Shown piece by piece: positions 19,937-29,194 of a stretch of 64,000 bases of DNA. The notes beneath the pieces were generated by a model, which searched no databases, was not told the origin of the DNA, and worked only from the letters and a program-made list of their open reading frames with translations. This stretch comes from Phycisphaeraceae bacterium. GTDB taxonomy: Bacteria > Planctomycetota > Phycisphaerae > Phycisphaerales > Zrk34. Made by a program: the position numbers and the translations under genes. The DNA lies in assembly GCA_040905565.1 (NCBI GenBank), contig JBBDRF010000059.1, forward strand, positions 41,877 through 105,876, read 5' to 3'. Every line of letters starts with the position of its first letter. Within the stretch, counting starts at the first letter, position 1.

Positions 19937-22900
19937 ATGCCGGAAGTTGAGACGCGGCTGACAGATTATTTGTCCACGGAGGTGGCGGCTCGGATCCGAC
20001 AGCGGGGCCGTGCTTACATGCTGGCGGGGGCGGTGGCGCGGTTTGAAGCCGACGATCAGGGGATTCGGGCGCTCGTCACCGGCACGCGCTCGTATACGGT
20101 TAACGTGCGCTATGACCCGATCGAGAAGGCCGACGGTGATCGGGGCGTCATCGTTCGCGCCGGTTGCGATTGTCCGTACTTCGACCGTGAAGATGTTTGC
20201 AAACACGTCTGGGCGACACTTCTGAGCGTGGAGAAGGCCGGCGGCAAGGGGATGCCCACCGTTCGGCCGGACGAAGACGCGTGGATTATCCTCAAGCCTG
20301 ATCCGCAGTTGCCGCTGGTGGCGCCGGAGTCGACGGGGACGGAGGATGATCCGTCGATCTGGCGGATTCGGACACATTTTGCGGACACCCCGCATCTCGG
20401 GCATGCCCCCCAGCGAGCGAAGCGACGCCAGCGGCCGCGTGACGACGGCACCCGGGCGCGGTCCGCAGCATGGGCGTCAGCGCTCAAAAGCGTCGCCGAA
20501 ACGATGCTCGACCCGGCGTTCGCGCCGGTGGCCGATCGCTGGCCCGTCGATCGCCAGGTGCTTTATCGGCTTGAGCAGGGCGATGCTGAGCAGGGGGATC
20601 TGACAGTCGACGTGATGGTGCGCCAGCCGAAGCGCGACGGCGGGTGGCGCCGAGCGCAGAGCCGACGCATCACGCGCGAGCAGGCGCGGCAACTGCCCGA
20701 GGAAGCAGACCGCCAGATCTTCGCCCTGGTCTACGGCGTTCAGGAAGAGACGCATCGTGCGTGGTATGACGAGGAAGATGCCAACTCGCGGTTGTACCTT
20801 GAGCCGGCCGTTCAACAGGCGATTGTTCAGCGCATGTGTGAAACGGGGCGGTGCGTGCGGCCGTCCGAGGATGATGATGCTGAGACGGAGGTGCCAGTCA
20901 GTTGGCTTGGTGGGGAGTCGTGGTCATTGCACCTTGCCCTCGAGCACGGCCCGCGGTCGCAGTACGTGCTGCGGGGGGTGCTGCGGCGTGGCGAAGAGCG
21001 GATGCCAGTCAATGAGCCGACGCTGTTGACAGCGGGGGGGCTGATGCTCACCGACGAAGGGGTGAGTGTTTTCGAACATCACGGTGCGTACGCCTGGGTC
21101 GCACTGCTGCGTGAGGAAGGCGAATTGCCCGTCCCCGCCAAGCAGGCCGAGGCGATGCTGGAGCAACTGCTGGCGATGCCGAGCCTGCCGCCTCTGGAAC
21201 TGCCCGAAGAGTTGGCCGTGGAGCGTGAGCAGGGCAAAGCGCAACCGTATCTGCGGATCTATCGCCCCGATCCCGAGGAGATGCCCGGCACGCCCTCGCG
21301 CGATCTGCACGCCGTTCTCTCCTTCCGATACGGCGAGACAACGGTCGGCTTCCTCGACCCTGTCGCAGCGGTCTACTCGGCTGAAAAACGCGAACTGATC
21401 GACCGGGATCGTCAACAGGAAGCCGCTGCCTGGGGCACGCTGCGTGAGGTGGGCTTCCGCGATCCGCACGGCTGGATCAACGCAGCGGACATGGTCATCG
21501 GGCCTCGCAGGCTCAGGCAGGCGGTCACGGCACTCGTTCGTGACGGTTGGCTGGTCGAAGCCGAGGGTGAATTGCATCGGCCCACCGGGTCGATCGCGAT
21601 GGACATGCGTGGCAGCGGCATCGACTGGTTCGAACTCCACGGCGAAGCCACGTTCGATAACGAAACGGCCTCCTTGCCCGAACTGCTGAAGGCGCTCAAG
21701 CGCGGCGAGAACTTCGTGCAGCTCGGCGACGGCAGCTTCGGCTTGCTGCCCGAAGATTGGCTTGAACGTTACGCGCCGCTTGCCAGGCTCAGCGGCAAGC
21801 ACGAAGGCGAAGACGGTCGGGTGCGGTTGCAGGCGACGCAGATCGGGCTCGTCGAGGCGCTGCTGACGATGATGCCCGAGGTCGCTTTCGATGAGCAGGT
21901 GGCCCGTGCCCGTGAGAAGCTGGAAGCCTTCGAACGCATTGAGCCCCGTGAGGAGCCTCGCGAGTTCAACGGGGAGCTTCGGCCCTACCAGCGCGACGGC
22001 CTGGCATGGCTGCACTTCCTGCGTGAGCTCGGATTCGGAGGCTGCCTCGCTGACGACATGGGCCTGGGTAAGACGGTGCAGGTGCTGGCGCTGCTTGAGG
22101 CGCGCCGACAGGAACGCCGCCGTGATGAGCAGGCCACGCCGCCGTCGCTGGTGGTCGCGCCGCGGTCGCTGATCCACAACTGGCAGGACGAGGCCAAGCG
22201 GTTCACACCCGACCTTCGCGTGCTCAACCACACCGGCCGCGAACGCTTTCTAATCAATGGCGAGGCCGAGAACACGGCTGATCCGGTGGCGCACTTCGCG
22301 GATTACGATCTGATCCTGACGACCTACGGCACGCTGCGGCGCGACATCGCCACGATGAAGGACCACCGTTTCGATTACGTGGTGCTCGATGAATCGCAGA
22401 TGATCAAGAACGCCGCCACCGCCTCGGCCAAGGCCACGCGGCTGCTCCAGGCAAGCCATCGGCTGGCACTTTCGGGCACGCCGATCGAGAACCACGTGGG
22501 CGAGTTGTTCAACCTGTTCGACTTCCTCAACCCCGGCATGCTCGGCGAAGCGGCATCATGGTTCGGCAGGACCGGGGGCAGCCGGGCCGACGCGATCAAC
22601 GTGAGTCAGGCGAATCTGCTGGCCCGGGCGGTGGGGCCGTTCGTGCTGAGGCGGACCAAGCAGCAGGTGGCGACGGATCTGCCCGAGAAGGTTGAGCAGA
22701 CCCTGCCGTGCGATCTGCCGCCGAAGCAACGCAAGCTCTACGACGAACTGCGCGAGTACTACGGGGCGCAGGTGATGGGGCAGGTCCAGCGCAGCGGCAT
22801 GAACCGCTCGAAGATGCAGGTCCTCCAGGCGCTGCTACGGCTGCGGCAGGCAGCGTGCCATCCGGGCCTGATCGACAAGACCCGATCGGGCGATCCCTCA

Positions 22901-23404
22901 GCCAAGCTTGACATGCTCCTGCCGCAGCTTGAGGAGGTGCTTGAGGAAGGCCATAAAGCTTTGGTCTTCTCGCAATTCACCAGCTTTTTGAAGATCGTGC
23001 GCGATCGGCTGGACGCCAAGGGCATCGAGTACGCCTACCTCGACGGCCGCACCCGCAAACGCGGCGAGCAGGTCGAACGTTTCCAGACCGATCCCGACTG
23101 CAAGCTGTTCCTGATCTCCCTCAAGGCAGGCGGCACGGGGCTGAACCTCACGGCGGCGGATTACGTTTTCCTGCTCGATCCGTGGTGGAACCCAGCCGTC
23201 GAAGCGCAGGCCATTGACCGTGCTCACCGCATCGGACAGGTTAAGCGGGTGTTTGCGTATCGGCTGATCGCTTCGGACACGGTCGAAGAGAAGGTGCTGG
23301 AGCTTCAGCAATCGAAGCGCGACATCGCCGACGCCATCATCCGCGCCGACGGCAACCTCATCCGCAACCTCAGCGTCGACGACCTGAAGCACCTGCTCTC
23401 GTGA
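19937..23404 (+). CDS. SWIM zinc finger-SNF2 family helicase/ATPase
   Basis: 'CDCP...CKH' SWIM; 'LADDMGLGKT', 'DESQ', 'SGTPIEN', 'SLKAGGTGLNL', 'DRAHRIGQ'. Confidence 0.95.
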   Translation: MPEVETRLTDYLSTEVAARIRQRGRAYMLAGAVARFEADDQGIRALVTGTRSYTVNVRYDPIEKADGDRGVIVRAGCDCPYFDREDVCKHVWATLLSVEKAGGKGMPTVRPDEDAWIILKPDPQLPLVAPESTGTEDDPSIWRIRTHFADTPHLGHAPQRAKRRQRPRDDGTRARSAAWASALKSVAETMLDPAFAPVADRWPVDRQVLYRLEQGDAEQGDLTVDVMVRQPKRDGGWRRAQSRRITREQARQLPEEADRQIFALVYGVQEETHRAWYDEEDANSRLYLEPAVQQAIVQRMCETGRCVRPSEDDDAETEVPVSWLGGESWSLHLALEHGPRSQYVLRGVLRRGEERMPVNEPTLLTAGGLMLTDEGVSVFEHHGAYAWVALLREEGELPVPAKQAEAMLEQLLAMPSLPPLELPEELAVEREQGKAQPYLRIYRPDPEEMPGTPSRDLHAVLSFRYGETTVGFLDPVAAVYSAEKRELIDRDRQQEAAAWGTLREVGFRDPHGWINAADMVIGPRRLRQAVTALVRDGWLVEAEGELHRPTGSIAMDMRGSGIDWFELHGEATFDNETASLPELLKALKRGENFVQLGDGSFGLLPEDWLERYAPLARLSGKHEGEDGRVRLQATQIGLVEALLTMMPEVAFDEQVARAREKLEAFERIEPREEPREFNGELRPYQRDGLAWLHFLRELGFGGCLADDMGLGKTVQVLALLEARRQERRRDEQATPPSLVVAPRSLIHNWQDEAKRFTPDLRVLNHTGRERFLINGEAENTADPVAHFADYDLILTTYGTLRRDIATMKDHRFDYVVLDESQMIKNAATASAKATRLLQASHRLALSGTPIENHVGELFNLFDFLNPGMLGEAASWFGRTGGSRADAINVSQANLLARAVGPFVLRRTKQQVATDLPEKVEQTLPCDLPPKQRKLYDELREYYGAQVMGQVQRSGMNRSKMQVLQALLRLRQAACHPGLIDKTRSGDPSAKLDMLLPQLEEVLEEGHKALVFSQFTSFLKIVRDRLDAKGIEYAYLDGRTRKRGEQVERFQTDPDCKLFLISLKAGGTGLNLTAADYVFLLDPWWNPAVEAQAIDRAHRIGQVKRVFAYRLIASDTVEEKVLELQQSKRDIADAIIRADGNLIRNLSVDDLKHLLS

Positions 23405-23561
23405 TCCCGCCCGCACCACACCCGACGCCCCGCGCATCCCCAAAAAAGTCGGAAAGTTCTTTCCATCCGCTAGGGTCCACCGCCGCTGAGCGAGAAAGTG
23501 CGCTCCTCCCCCTTATGCGTTATTCGCCGTTACCTATGCATTCGTTTGAACGGTGTCCCGG

Positions 23562-24302
23562 TTACAGCCGGTGGCGCTGAGCATTCTCCCACCCTTTTTC
23601 CAATTGCGCCTCAACCGTATCAAAGTCTGTATGGGAAACGTTCGTAATTGTGCGAAACAGATGTACAATCGCAGCCGCGAAAGGAACGACAACACAAACT
23701 TCGCAGACTGAAAGGGTGCTTCGCGATTCGAAGGCCGCAAAAGCACCAATTCCAGCCATCGGCTGATCGCGTAGGGGCGACGACTCGACATCGTCAGTTG
23801 CCCTGAGCAAATGTTGAAATAGAGATGCGTTACATCGAACGCTTAGGTCGCCCATGTCCGTCGCTTTTCTGGATAGCACCCCATATTGCTCGAGCCGCGC
23901 CTGAAGAAGACGCGTAACCTGCTTGTTGTCAAGGAGGTTCGTCACCCTGTGGCACAGGCTAACTATTTGCTGCGCCACATGATCGTCTACGTTCACGCGC
24001 GTCATGGTAAAATCTAAGACAAAAAGAAGATAAGAGCCGCATTCCAGCTTCCACGTCCTTTTTCGCTTTACGCCAGATCGCTCCGCTGATGCAGTAACTT
24101 GATCATAGTATTCCTGAAGAACATCATCATAAAACGCAGCTACCGCACGTACCCCGTCTGAGAATAGGACCACCGTTTCCCCGCAACGTGGGCAGGAAGC
24201 ATCTCGGCCAAGAAGTCGCGTCGGAAAGCGAAATTTGGCCGAGCAGTGCGAGCAAGTGGAACGTAGATGTTCGGATGAAGCCATACGGTGCCCCTTTGCC
24301 AC
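23562..24302 (-). CDS. Hypothetical protein with N-terminal zinc ribbon (low-GC islet)
   Basis: 'CSHC...CPRC' motif; AT-richer composition than the flanks. Confidence 0.6.
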   Translation of the reverse strand: MAKGHRMASSEHLRSTCSHCSAKFRFPTRLLGRDASCPRCGETVVLFSDGVRAVAAFYDDVLQEYYDQVTASAERSGVKRKRTWKLECGSYLLFVLDFTMTRVNVDDHVAQQIVSLCHRVTNLLDNKQVTRLLQARLEQYGVLSRKATDMGDLSVRCNASLFQHLLRATDDVESSPLRDQPMAGIGAFAAFESRSTLSVCEVCVVVPFAAAIVHLFRTITNVSHTDFDTVEAQLEKGWENAQRHRL

Positions 24303-24721
24303 ACGCGTCCCTACGACAGAACGGCGACGGCTAACGTAACAAGCTCGGTCCTATAAGGCAATTGCCTCGCCCGCCTTGCCCTAGTCGATCAATGCGGTAC
24401 GCCGCTACGCTTCCTTCCTCCCCCGCCGCCACGCCATCGCCACCGTGCACCCGTCGTAAAAAAAATTCGGCCGGCGCGGATCACCGGTGTGGCGGACCGA
24501 CCGCGGGTACGCTAGCATGTCTTCACGATGATTCGAGCGAGCCAGACAATCTGTTGTCTCTGTACGACCGGGGCGGGGGCGTTTTGCGCCGCTCGGGTCG
24601 GAACTTCCTTCTGATTGGTCGACCCTGACCGATCCCCGACGCCGAACCACGAAACACCCTGACAAGCCCCGAAGCCGAACGCCTCGATTGCTGGCTGATC
24701 ATTCAGCGGCAGCCGAGTCAG

Positions 24722-24749
24722 TTGGCGCAGGTGTTCAGAACACTATAAT
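24722..24749 (+). promoter_or_regulatory. Putative promoter of the sulfur assimilation operon
   Basis: TTGGCG(24722)-16 nt-TATAAT(24744-24749). Confidence 0.45.
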
Positions 24750-24853
24750 CGACCGGCATTTGCCTTCCCAGGCGACTTGCCGCTCCCTTTCGCGGTATCT
24801 TCCGCCTTTCTCGCCCCCGCGGCGACCAACCGATGTAAGCAGGAGCAGCCACG

Positions 24854-27109
24854 ATGGCCGCGAAGAACTGGAAAGACGTTCTGACGGGCGACATGCCCGA
24901 AAAGATGGCTCACGAAATCGACATCTTCGAAGCTCAGATCGAGCTTCGCAAGAAGGGCAAGCTCGACGAAAAGGTTTTCGCGGAAACCCGCCTTCGCCGC
25001 GGCGCCTACGGCCAGCGCTACGACAACGGCCATCGGCACGACGGTCAGAAAGAGCAGACCCTCGAGTTCCCCTCCGCCGACCTCACCAAGGGCCCGGAAA
25101 CGATGTGGGACGCGCCGGGCATGCAGCGGATTAAAATCCCCTACGGCGGCATGACCCCCGAGCAGATGGATACCCTCGCCGACCTCGCTGAGGAGTATTC
25201 CGATAGCATCTGCCACGTCACCACCCGGCAGGATTTTCAGCTCCACTTCATTCACATCGACGACACGCCGGACCTGATGCGCCGCCTCGCTGGCGTGGGC
25301 ATCACCTCCCGCGAAGCCTGCGGCAACAGCGTCCGTAACGTCACCGGCTGCCCCCTCGCAGGCGTCTGCCATGACGAGCCGTTCGACTTCACGCCGTACG
25401 CCAAGGCGCTGACGTGGTTCCTGATGGGGCATCCTGATTGCCAGGACTTCGGCCGCAAGTTCAAGCCCGCCTTCTCCGGCTGCGAACAGCATGCCTGCGG
25501 CCTCGCGCAGATGCACGACATTGGCTACATCGCCAAGGAGCAGGACGGCAAGCGCGGCTTCAAGGTCGTCGTCGGCGGCGGCCTCGGCGCGGTGCCCGTT
25601 CAGGCGAAGGTGCTCGCCGAGTTCGCCAGCGAGGAAGAGATTCTGCCGTTGACGCAGGCCGTGGCACGTGTCTTCGCTCGCCTCGGTGAGAAGAAGAACC
25701 GCAACAAGGCCCGCATCAAGTTCCTCGTCAAGCAACTGGGCATCGACGAATTCCGCAAGCTTGTCGAAGAAGAACGCGCCAAGCTTCCGCACGACGATCG
25801 CTGGGCCGGGTACCTCAAGGATGTCCCCAAGTATCACCCCAAGCCGCTCAAGGATGCCGTTCGGCTGACCATCAGCCCGAGCGAATCGCCCGAAGGTTTC
25901 GAGGCATGGCAGGAGACGAACGTCTATCCGCAGCGGCAGACCGGTTACGCAGCCGCGACCGTTGCGTGCCCGCTGGGCGATCTCACCAGCGATCAGATGC
26001 GCAAGCTTTCGGACATCGCCCGCAAGTACGTCGGTGAGAATATCCGCACGACCGTTGAGCAGAACATCGTGCTCCGCTTCATCAGCGAAGCCGACCTGCC
26101 CGCCGTCTACAGCGAGCTCAAAGCGATCGGCCTCGGCGATCCGGGAGCGGGCACCATCGTTGACCTCACCGCCTGCCCCGGCACCGATACCTGCAAGCTG
26201 GGCATCGCCGCTTCGCGTGGCCTCGCCGGTGAGCTGCTTCAGCGTCTCACCGCCAAGAGTGCGTCGCTTCCCGAAGCGATCAAGAACCTCAAGATCAAGG
26301 TCTCCGGCTGCTTCAACAGCTGCGGCCAGCACCACGTCGCGGACATCGGCTTCTACGGCAACTCCCGAAAAGCGGGCAACTATACCGTGCCTCACTTTCA
26401 GGTCGTCCTCGGCGGCCAGTGGGATGAGAACGGCGGAAGCTACGGCCTCGCGATGGGGGCTGTCCCCAGCAAAGCCGTGCCCGATGTGATTGACGCCCTG
26501 ACCGATCGCTTCGTTGCCGACCGCGAAACCGGCGAACGCTTTAAGGACTTCATCGCCCGGCTGGGCAAGAAGGAAGTCCGCGAGATTCTTAAACCGCTGA
26601 TGCGTATTCCCGACTACACCGAAGCCCCCGAGTACTACACCGACTGGGGCGATCCGCGTGAGTTCACCATCGGTGACATGGGCGTCGGCGAGTGTGCCGG
26701 CGAGATCGTGTCGCTGTTCTCGATCGAAATCACCACGGCGGAGAGCGAAGCTTTCGACGCCCAGATCGCGCTCGACGAGGGCGATTACAAGCGGGCCGAT
26801 GAGCTGGCCTACAGCGCCATGCTCGCTGCCGCTCGGACGCTGGTGCGGACGCAGCATCAGGACGTCGCCGACGATCCGGAAACCACCGTCCGTGAGTTCC
26901 GTGAGCGGTTCTACGAAACCGAGCTGTTCTTCGACAAGTACGCCAAGGGCAAGTTTGCGGAGTACCTGTTCGATCGTCACGAGAACCCGCCGGCGAAGCT
27001 CGATGAGGACACCGTTCACCATCTCATTGAGCAGACGCAACTGTTCATTGAAGCGGTGCACGCCTGCGAAACCCGTCAGGCCAAGGCAGCTGCCCAGCCG
27101 ACGCTCTGA
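24854..27109 (+). CDS. Siroheme nitrite/sulfite reductase with C-terminal HEPN-like domain
   Basis: 'HVTTRQDFQ', 'GRKFK', 'CPGTDTC' plus 'GCFNSCG' siroheme/[4Fe-4S] ligands; helical C-terminus 'ADELAYSAMLAAARTLV'. Confidence 0.9.
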   Translation: MAAKNWKDVLTGDMPEKMAHEIDIFEAQIELRKKGKLDEKVFAETRLRRGAYGQRYDNGHRHDGQKEQTLEFPSADLTKGPETMWDAPGMQRIKIPYGGMTPEQMDTLADLAEEYSDSICHVTTRQDFQLHFIHIDDTPDLMRRLAGVGITSREACGNSVRNVTGCPLAGVCHDEPFDFTPYAKALTWFLMGHPDCQDFGRKFKPAFSGCEQHACGLAQMHDIGYIAKEQDGKRGFKVVVGGGLGAVPVQAKVLAEFASEEEILPLTQAVARVFARLGEKKNRNKARIKFLVKQLGIDEFRKLVEEERAKLPHDDRWAGYLKDVPKYHPKPLKDAVRLTISPSESPEGFEAWQETNVYPQRQTGYAAATVACPLGDLTSDQMRKLSDIARKYVGENIRTTVEQNIVLRFISEADLPAVYSELKAIGLGDPGAGTIVDLTACPGTDTCKLGIAASRGLAGELLQRLTAKSASLPEAIKNLKIKVSGCFNSCGQHHVADIGFYGNSRKAGNYTVPHFQVVLGGQWDENGGSYGLAMGAVPSKAVPDVIDALTDRFVADRETGERFKDFIARLGKKEVREILKPLMRIPDYTEAPEYYTDWGDPREFTIGDMGVGECAGEIVSLFSIEITTAESEAFDAQIALDEGDYKRADELAYSAMLAAARTLVRTQHQDVADDPETTVREFRERFYETELFFDKYAKGKFAEYLFDRHENPPAKLDEDTVHHLIEQTQLFIEAVHACETRQAKAAAQPTL

Positions 27110-27149
27110 TCTCACGGACTACATAAGCAACGCATAGGAACGTAAGAAA

Positions 27150-27752
27150 ATGGAACCCAATCGCATCGCGGTGAAATACTTTGTGGACGGTTCGTCCGTT
27201 GACGCCTCGGCCATTGTGCCGGTCTTTCACCGCTGGATTCAGGAAGGGCGGACCGCTGACGCGCTGCTCGACGTCGCCGATTACAAGCACGTTCACGAGG
27301 GCCCGCACACGCTGCTGGTCGCTCATGAAGCGGACTACGTGATCGATCTTGCCGAGGGCCGCCCGGGCCTGCTCTACGTCCGCAAGCGGTGGGGCCTGAG
27401 TGGGTCTTTGCGCGACCGCGTCGCGGCCACGCTGCGTCATGCACTGGCTGCGGCGAAGATTCTGGCGGACGATCCGCAGCCGCACAGCCCGATCGCTTTC
27501 CGCACCGACGAAGTGCAGATCAGCTTCTACGATCGGCTGGCGGCCCCTAACACCGCGGCCAGTTTCAAAGCGATCAAGCCCGAGCTTGAAGCGCTGCTTG
27601 CTGAGCTTTACGAAGGGGCGGACCTCACGCTTGAGCATGTGAGCGATGAGGATTCGCGCAATCCGTTGACGATCAAAGTCCTCGCATCGCAGGCTCCTTC
27701 GCTCGACACGCTGGTGGAGCGGACCGAGGCTGCGTCGACCACCGCGGGGTGA
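27150..27752 (+). CDS. Hypothetical protein in the sulfur assimilation operon
   Basis: Protein-like ORF ('PVFHRWIQ', 'DVADYKHVHEGP') tightly packed between the reductase and the synthase. Confidence 0.75.
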   Translation: MEPNRIAVKYFVDGSSVDASAIVPVFHRWIQEGRTADALLDVADYKHVHEGPHTLLVAHEADYVIDLAEGRPGLLYVRKRWGLSGSLRDRVAATLRHALAAAKILADDPQPHSPIAFRTDEVQISFYDRLAAPNTAASFKAIKPELEALLAELYEGADLTLEHVSDEDSRNPLTIKVLASQAPSLDTLVERTEAASTTAG

Positions 27753-27756
27753 GAAA

Positions 27757-28710
27757 GTGACCATGACCATCACCAATGTGCAGAGTGCCGTGGAACAAGT
27801 CGGCCCCGTCGACCAGCGTCATCGGCTGATCGACATGGTCGGCAACACGCCGTTGATCGAACTCAAATGCCTCAGCGATGAAGTGGCCCCCGTCCGCATC
27901 ATGGCCAAGGCGGAGTGGTACAACCCGGGCGGGTCGGTCAAGGATCGTGCCGCGCTGAACATGCTGCTCACCGGCGAACGCGAAGGCCGGCTGACCAAGG
28001 ACAAGATCATCCTCGACGCCACCAGCGGCAACACCGGCATCGCCTATGCCATGTTCGGTGCCGCGATGGGCTACCGCGTGCAGCTGGCGATCCCCAAGTC
28101 AGCCGGGGCCTTGCATAAACGTATTCTGCAAGCCTACGGCGCGGAGCTGATCCTCACTCCCGCGACCGAAGGCTCCGACGGCGCCATCGTCGAAGCGATC
28201 AGGCTCTACAAAGAAGATCCCGACCGCTACTTTTATCCGGACCAGTACAACAACGACGCCAACTGGCAGGCCCACTACAACGGCACCGGGCTGGAGATCA
28301 TCGCGCAGACGCAAGGCGAGATCACGCACTTCATCGCGGGCCTGGGCACCAGCGGCACCTTCACCGGTTGCGGCCGACGGCTCAAAGAGTTCAACAGCGA
28401 CATCCACCTGATCAGCTGTCAGCCCGACTCACCGATGCACGGCCTCGAAGGCTGGAAGCACATGCCCACCTCCATCAAGCCCGGTTTCTACAACGAAACC
28501 ATGGCGGAAGAAAACATCGGCGTCCCCACCGAAGAAGCCCAGGACATGGTCAAACGCCTCGCCCGCGAGGAGGGGCTGCTCGTCGGCCTCAGTGCCGGGG
28601 CCTCCGTCTGGGCGTCGCTTCAGGTGGCCAAGCGGATCAAGCAAGGGCTCGTCGTCACCGTTATGGCCGACAACGCCAGCAAGTACCTCGACCACAACTT
28701 CTGGGAATAG
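27757..28710 (+). CDS. cysM: PLP-dependent cysteine synthase, CysM-like
   Basis: 'NPGGSVKDR' PLP lysine, 'ATSGNTG', 'GLGTSGT'; adjacent to JAB and sulfur-carrier genes. Confidence 0.8.
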   Translation: MTMTITNVQSAVEQVGPVDQRHRLIDMVGNTPLIELKCLSDEVAPVRIMAKAEWYNPGGSVKDRAALNMLLTGEREGRLTKDKIILDATSGNTGIAYAMFGAAMGYRVQLAIPKSAGALHKRILQAYGAELILTPATEGSDGAIVEAIRLYKEDPDRYFYPDQYNNDANWQAHYNGTGLEIIAQTQGEITHFIAGLGTSGTFTGCGRRLKEFNSDIHLISCQPDSPMHGLEGWKHMPTSIKPGFYNETMAEENIGVPTEEAQDMVKRLAREEGLLVGLSAGASVWASLQVAKRIKQGLVVTVMADNASKYLDHNFWE

Positions 28711-28714
28711 CGAC

Positions 28715-28735
28715 AGCCGCGAGGCGACGCCTCGC
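28715..28735. repeat. Single REP-like hairpin, same family as 43256-43309
   Basis: AGCCGCGAGGCGACGCCTCGC matches 43257-43277 at 20 of 21 positions. Confidence 0.65.
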
Positions 28736-28747
28736 AGGTGAAAGCCA

Positions 28748-29194
28748 ATGCAAACGCTCACGATCACAACCGAACAAGACACCGCCATCCGCGAGCACGG
28801 CCAGCGCATCTATCCCCATGAATGTTGCGGCTTCATGCTCGGCAAAGAAGTCGAAGGCACCCGTCGTGTTCAGCAGCTGCAACCCGCGCTCAACGATCGG
28901 GGCGAGGAAGAGCGTCACAACCGCTTCACCATTTCGCCCCATGCGTTCCTCGCTGCTGAAAAAGCCGCCCGCAAAGCCGGCCTCGACGTGATCGGCTTCT
29001 ATCATTCACATCCGGATGCACCGGCCCGGCCGTCCGCGTATGATCTTGAACATGCCTGGCCGTGGTACAGTTACGTGATCGTCGCGATCCGTCAGGGAAC
29101 CGCTGAGTTGATGACCAGCTGGGTCCTCGAAGACGACCGATCAAAATTCAACGAGCAGACCATAGAAGTCGGCCTCGCACAGGAGACACCCTGA
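28748..29194 (+). CDS. mec: JAB/M67 metallopeptidase (Mec-like)
   Basis: 'YPHECCG' and 'FYHSHPD...PSAYD' JAMM motif. Confidence 0.85.
   Translation: MQTLTITTEQDTAIREHGQRIYPHECCGFMLGKEVEGTRRVQQLQPALNDRGEEERHNRFTISPHAFLAAEKAARKAGLDVIGFYHSHPDAPARPSAYDLEHAWPWYSYVIVAIRQGTAELMTSWVLEDDRSKFNEQTIEVGLAQETP

Noticed and set aside
19937..23404. SNF2 helicase as a defence system component
   Set aside because: Stand-alone SWIM-SNF2 architecture with host-like composition and no partner defence genes.
24303..24853. SAM or other riboswitch upstream of the sulfur operon
   Set aside because: No recognisable aptamer consensus by eye. An Rfam scan would be needed to exclude it fully.
24743..27115. 790-aa antisense ORF opposite the sulfite reductase (and similar ones at 4961-6400, 29092-30621, 38549-40144)
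   Set aside because: Same antisense shadow effect in high-GC DNA; the sense genes carry clear family motifs.
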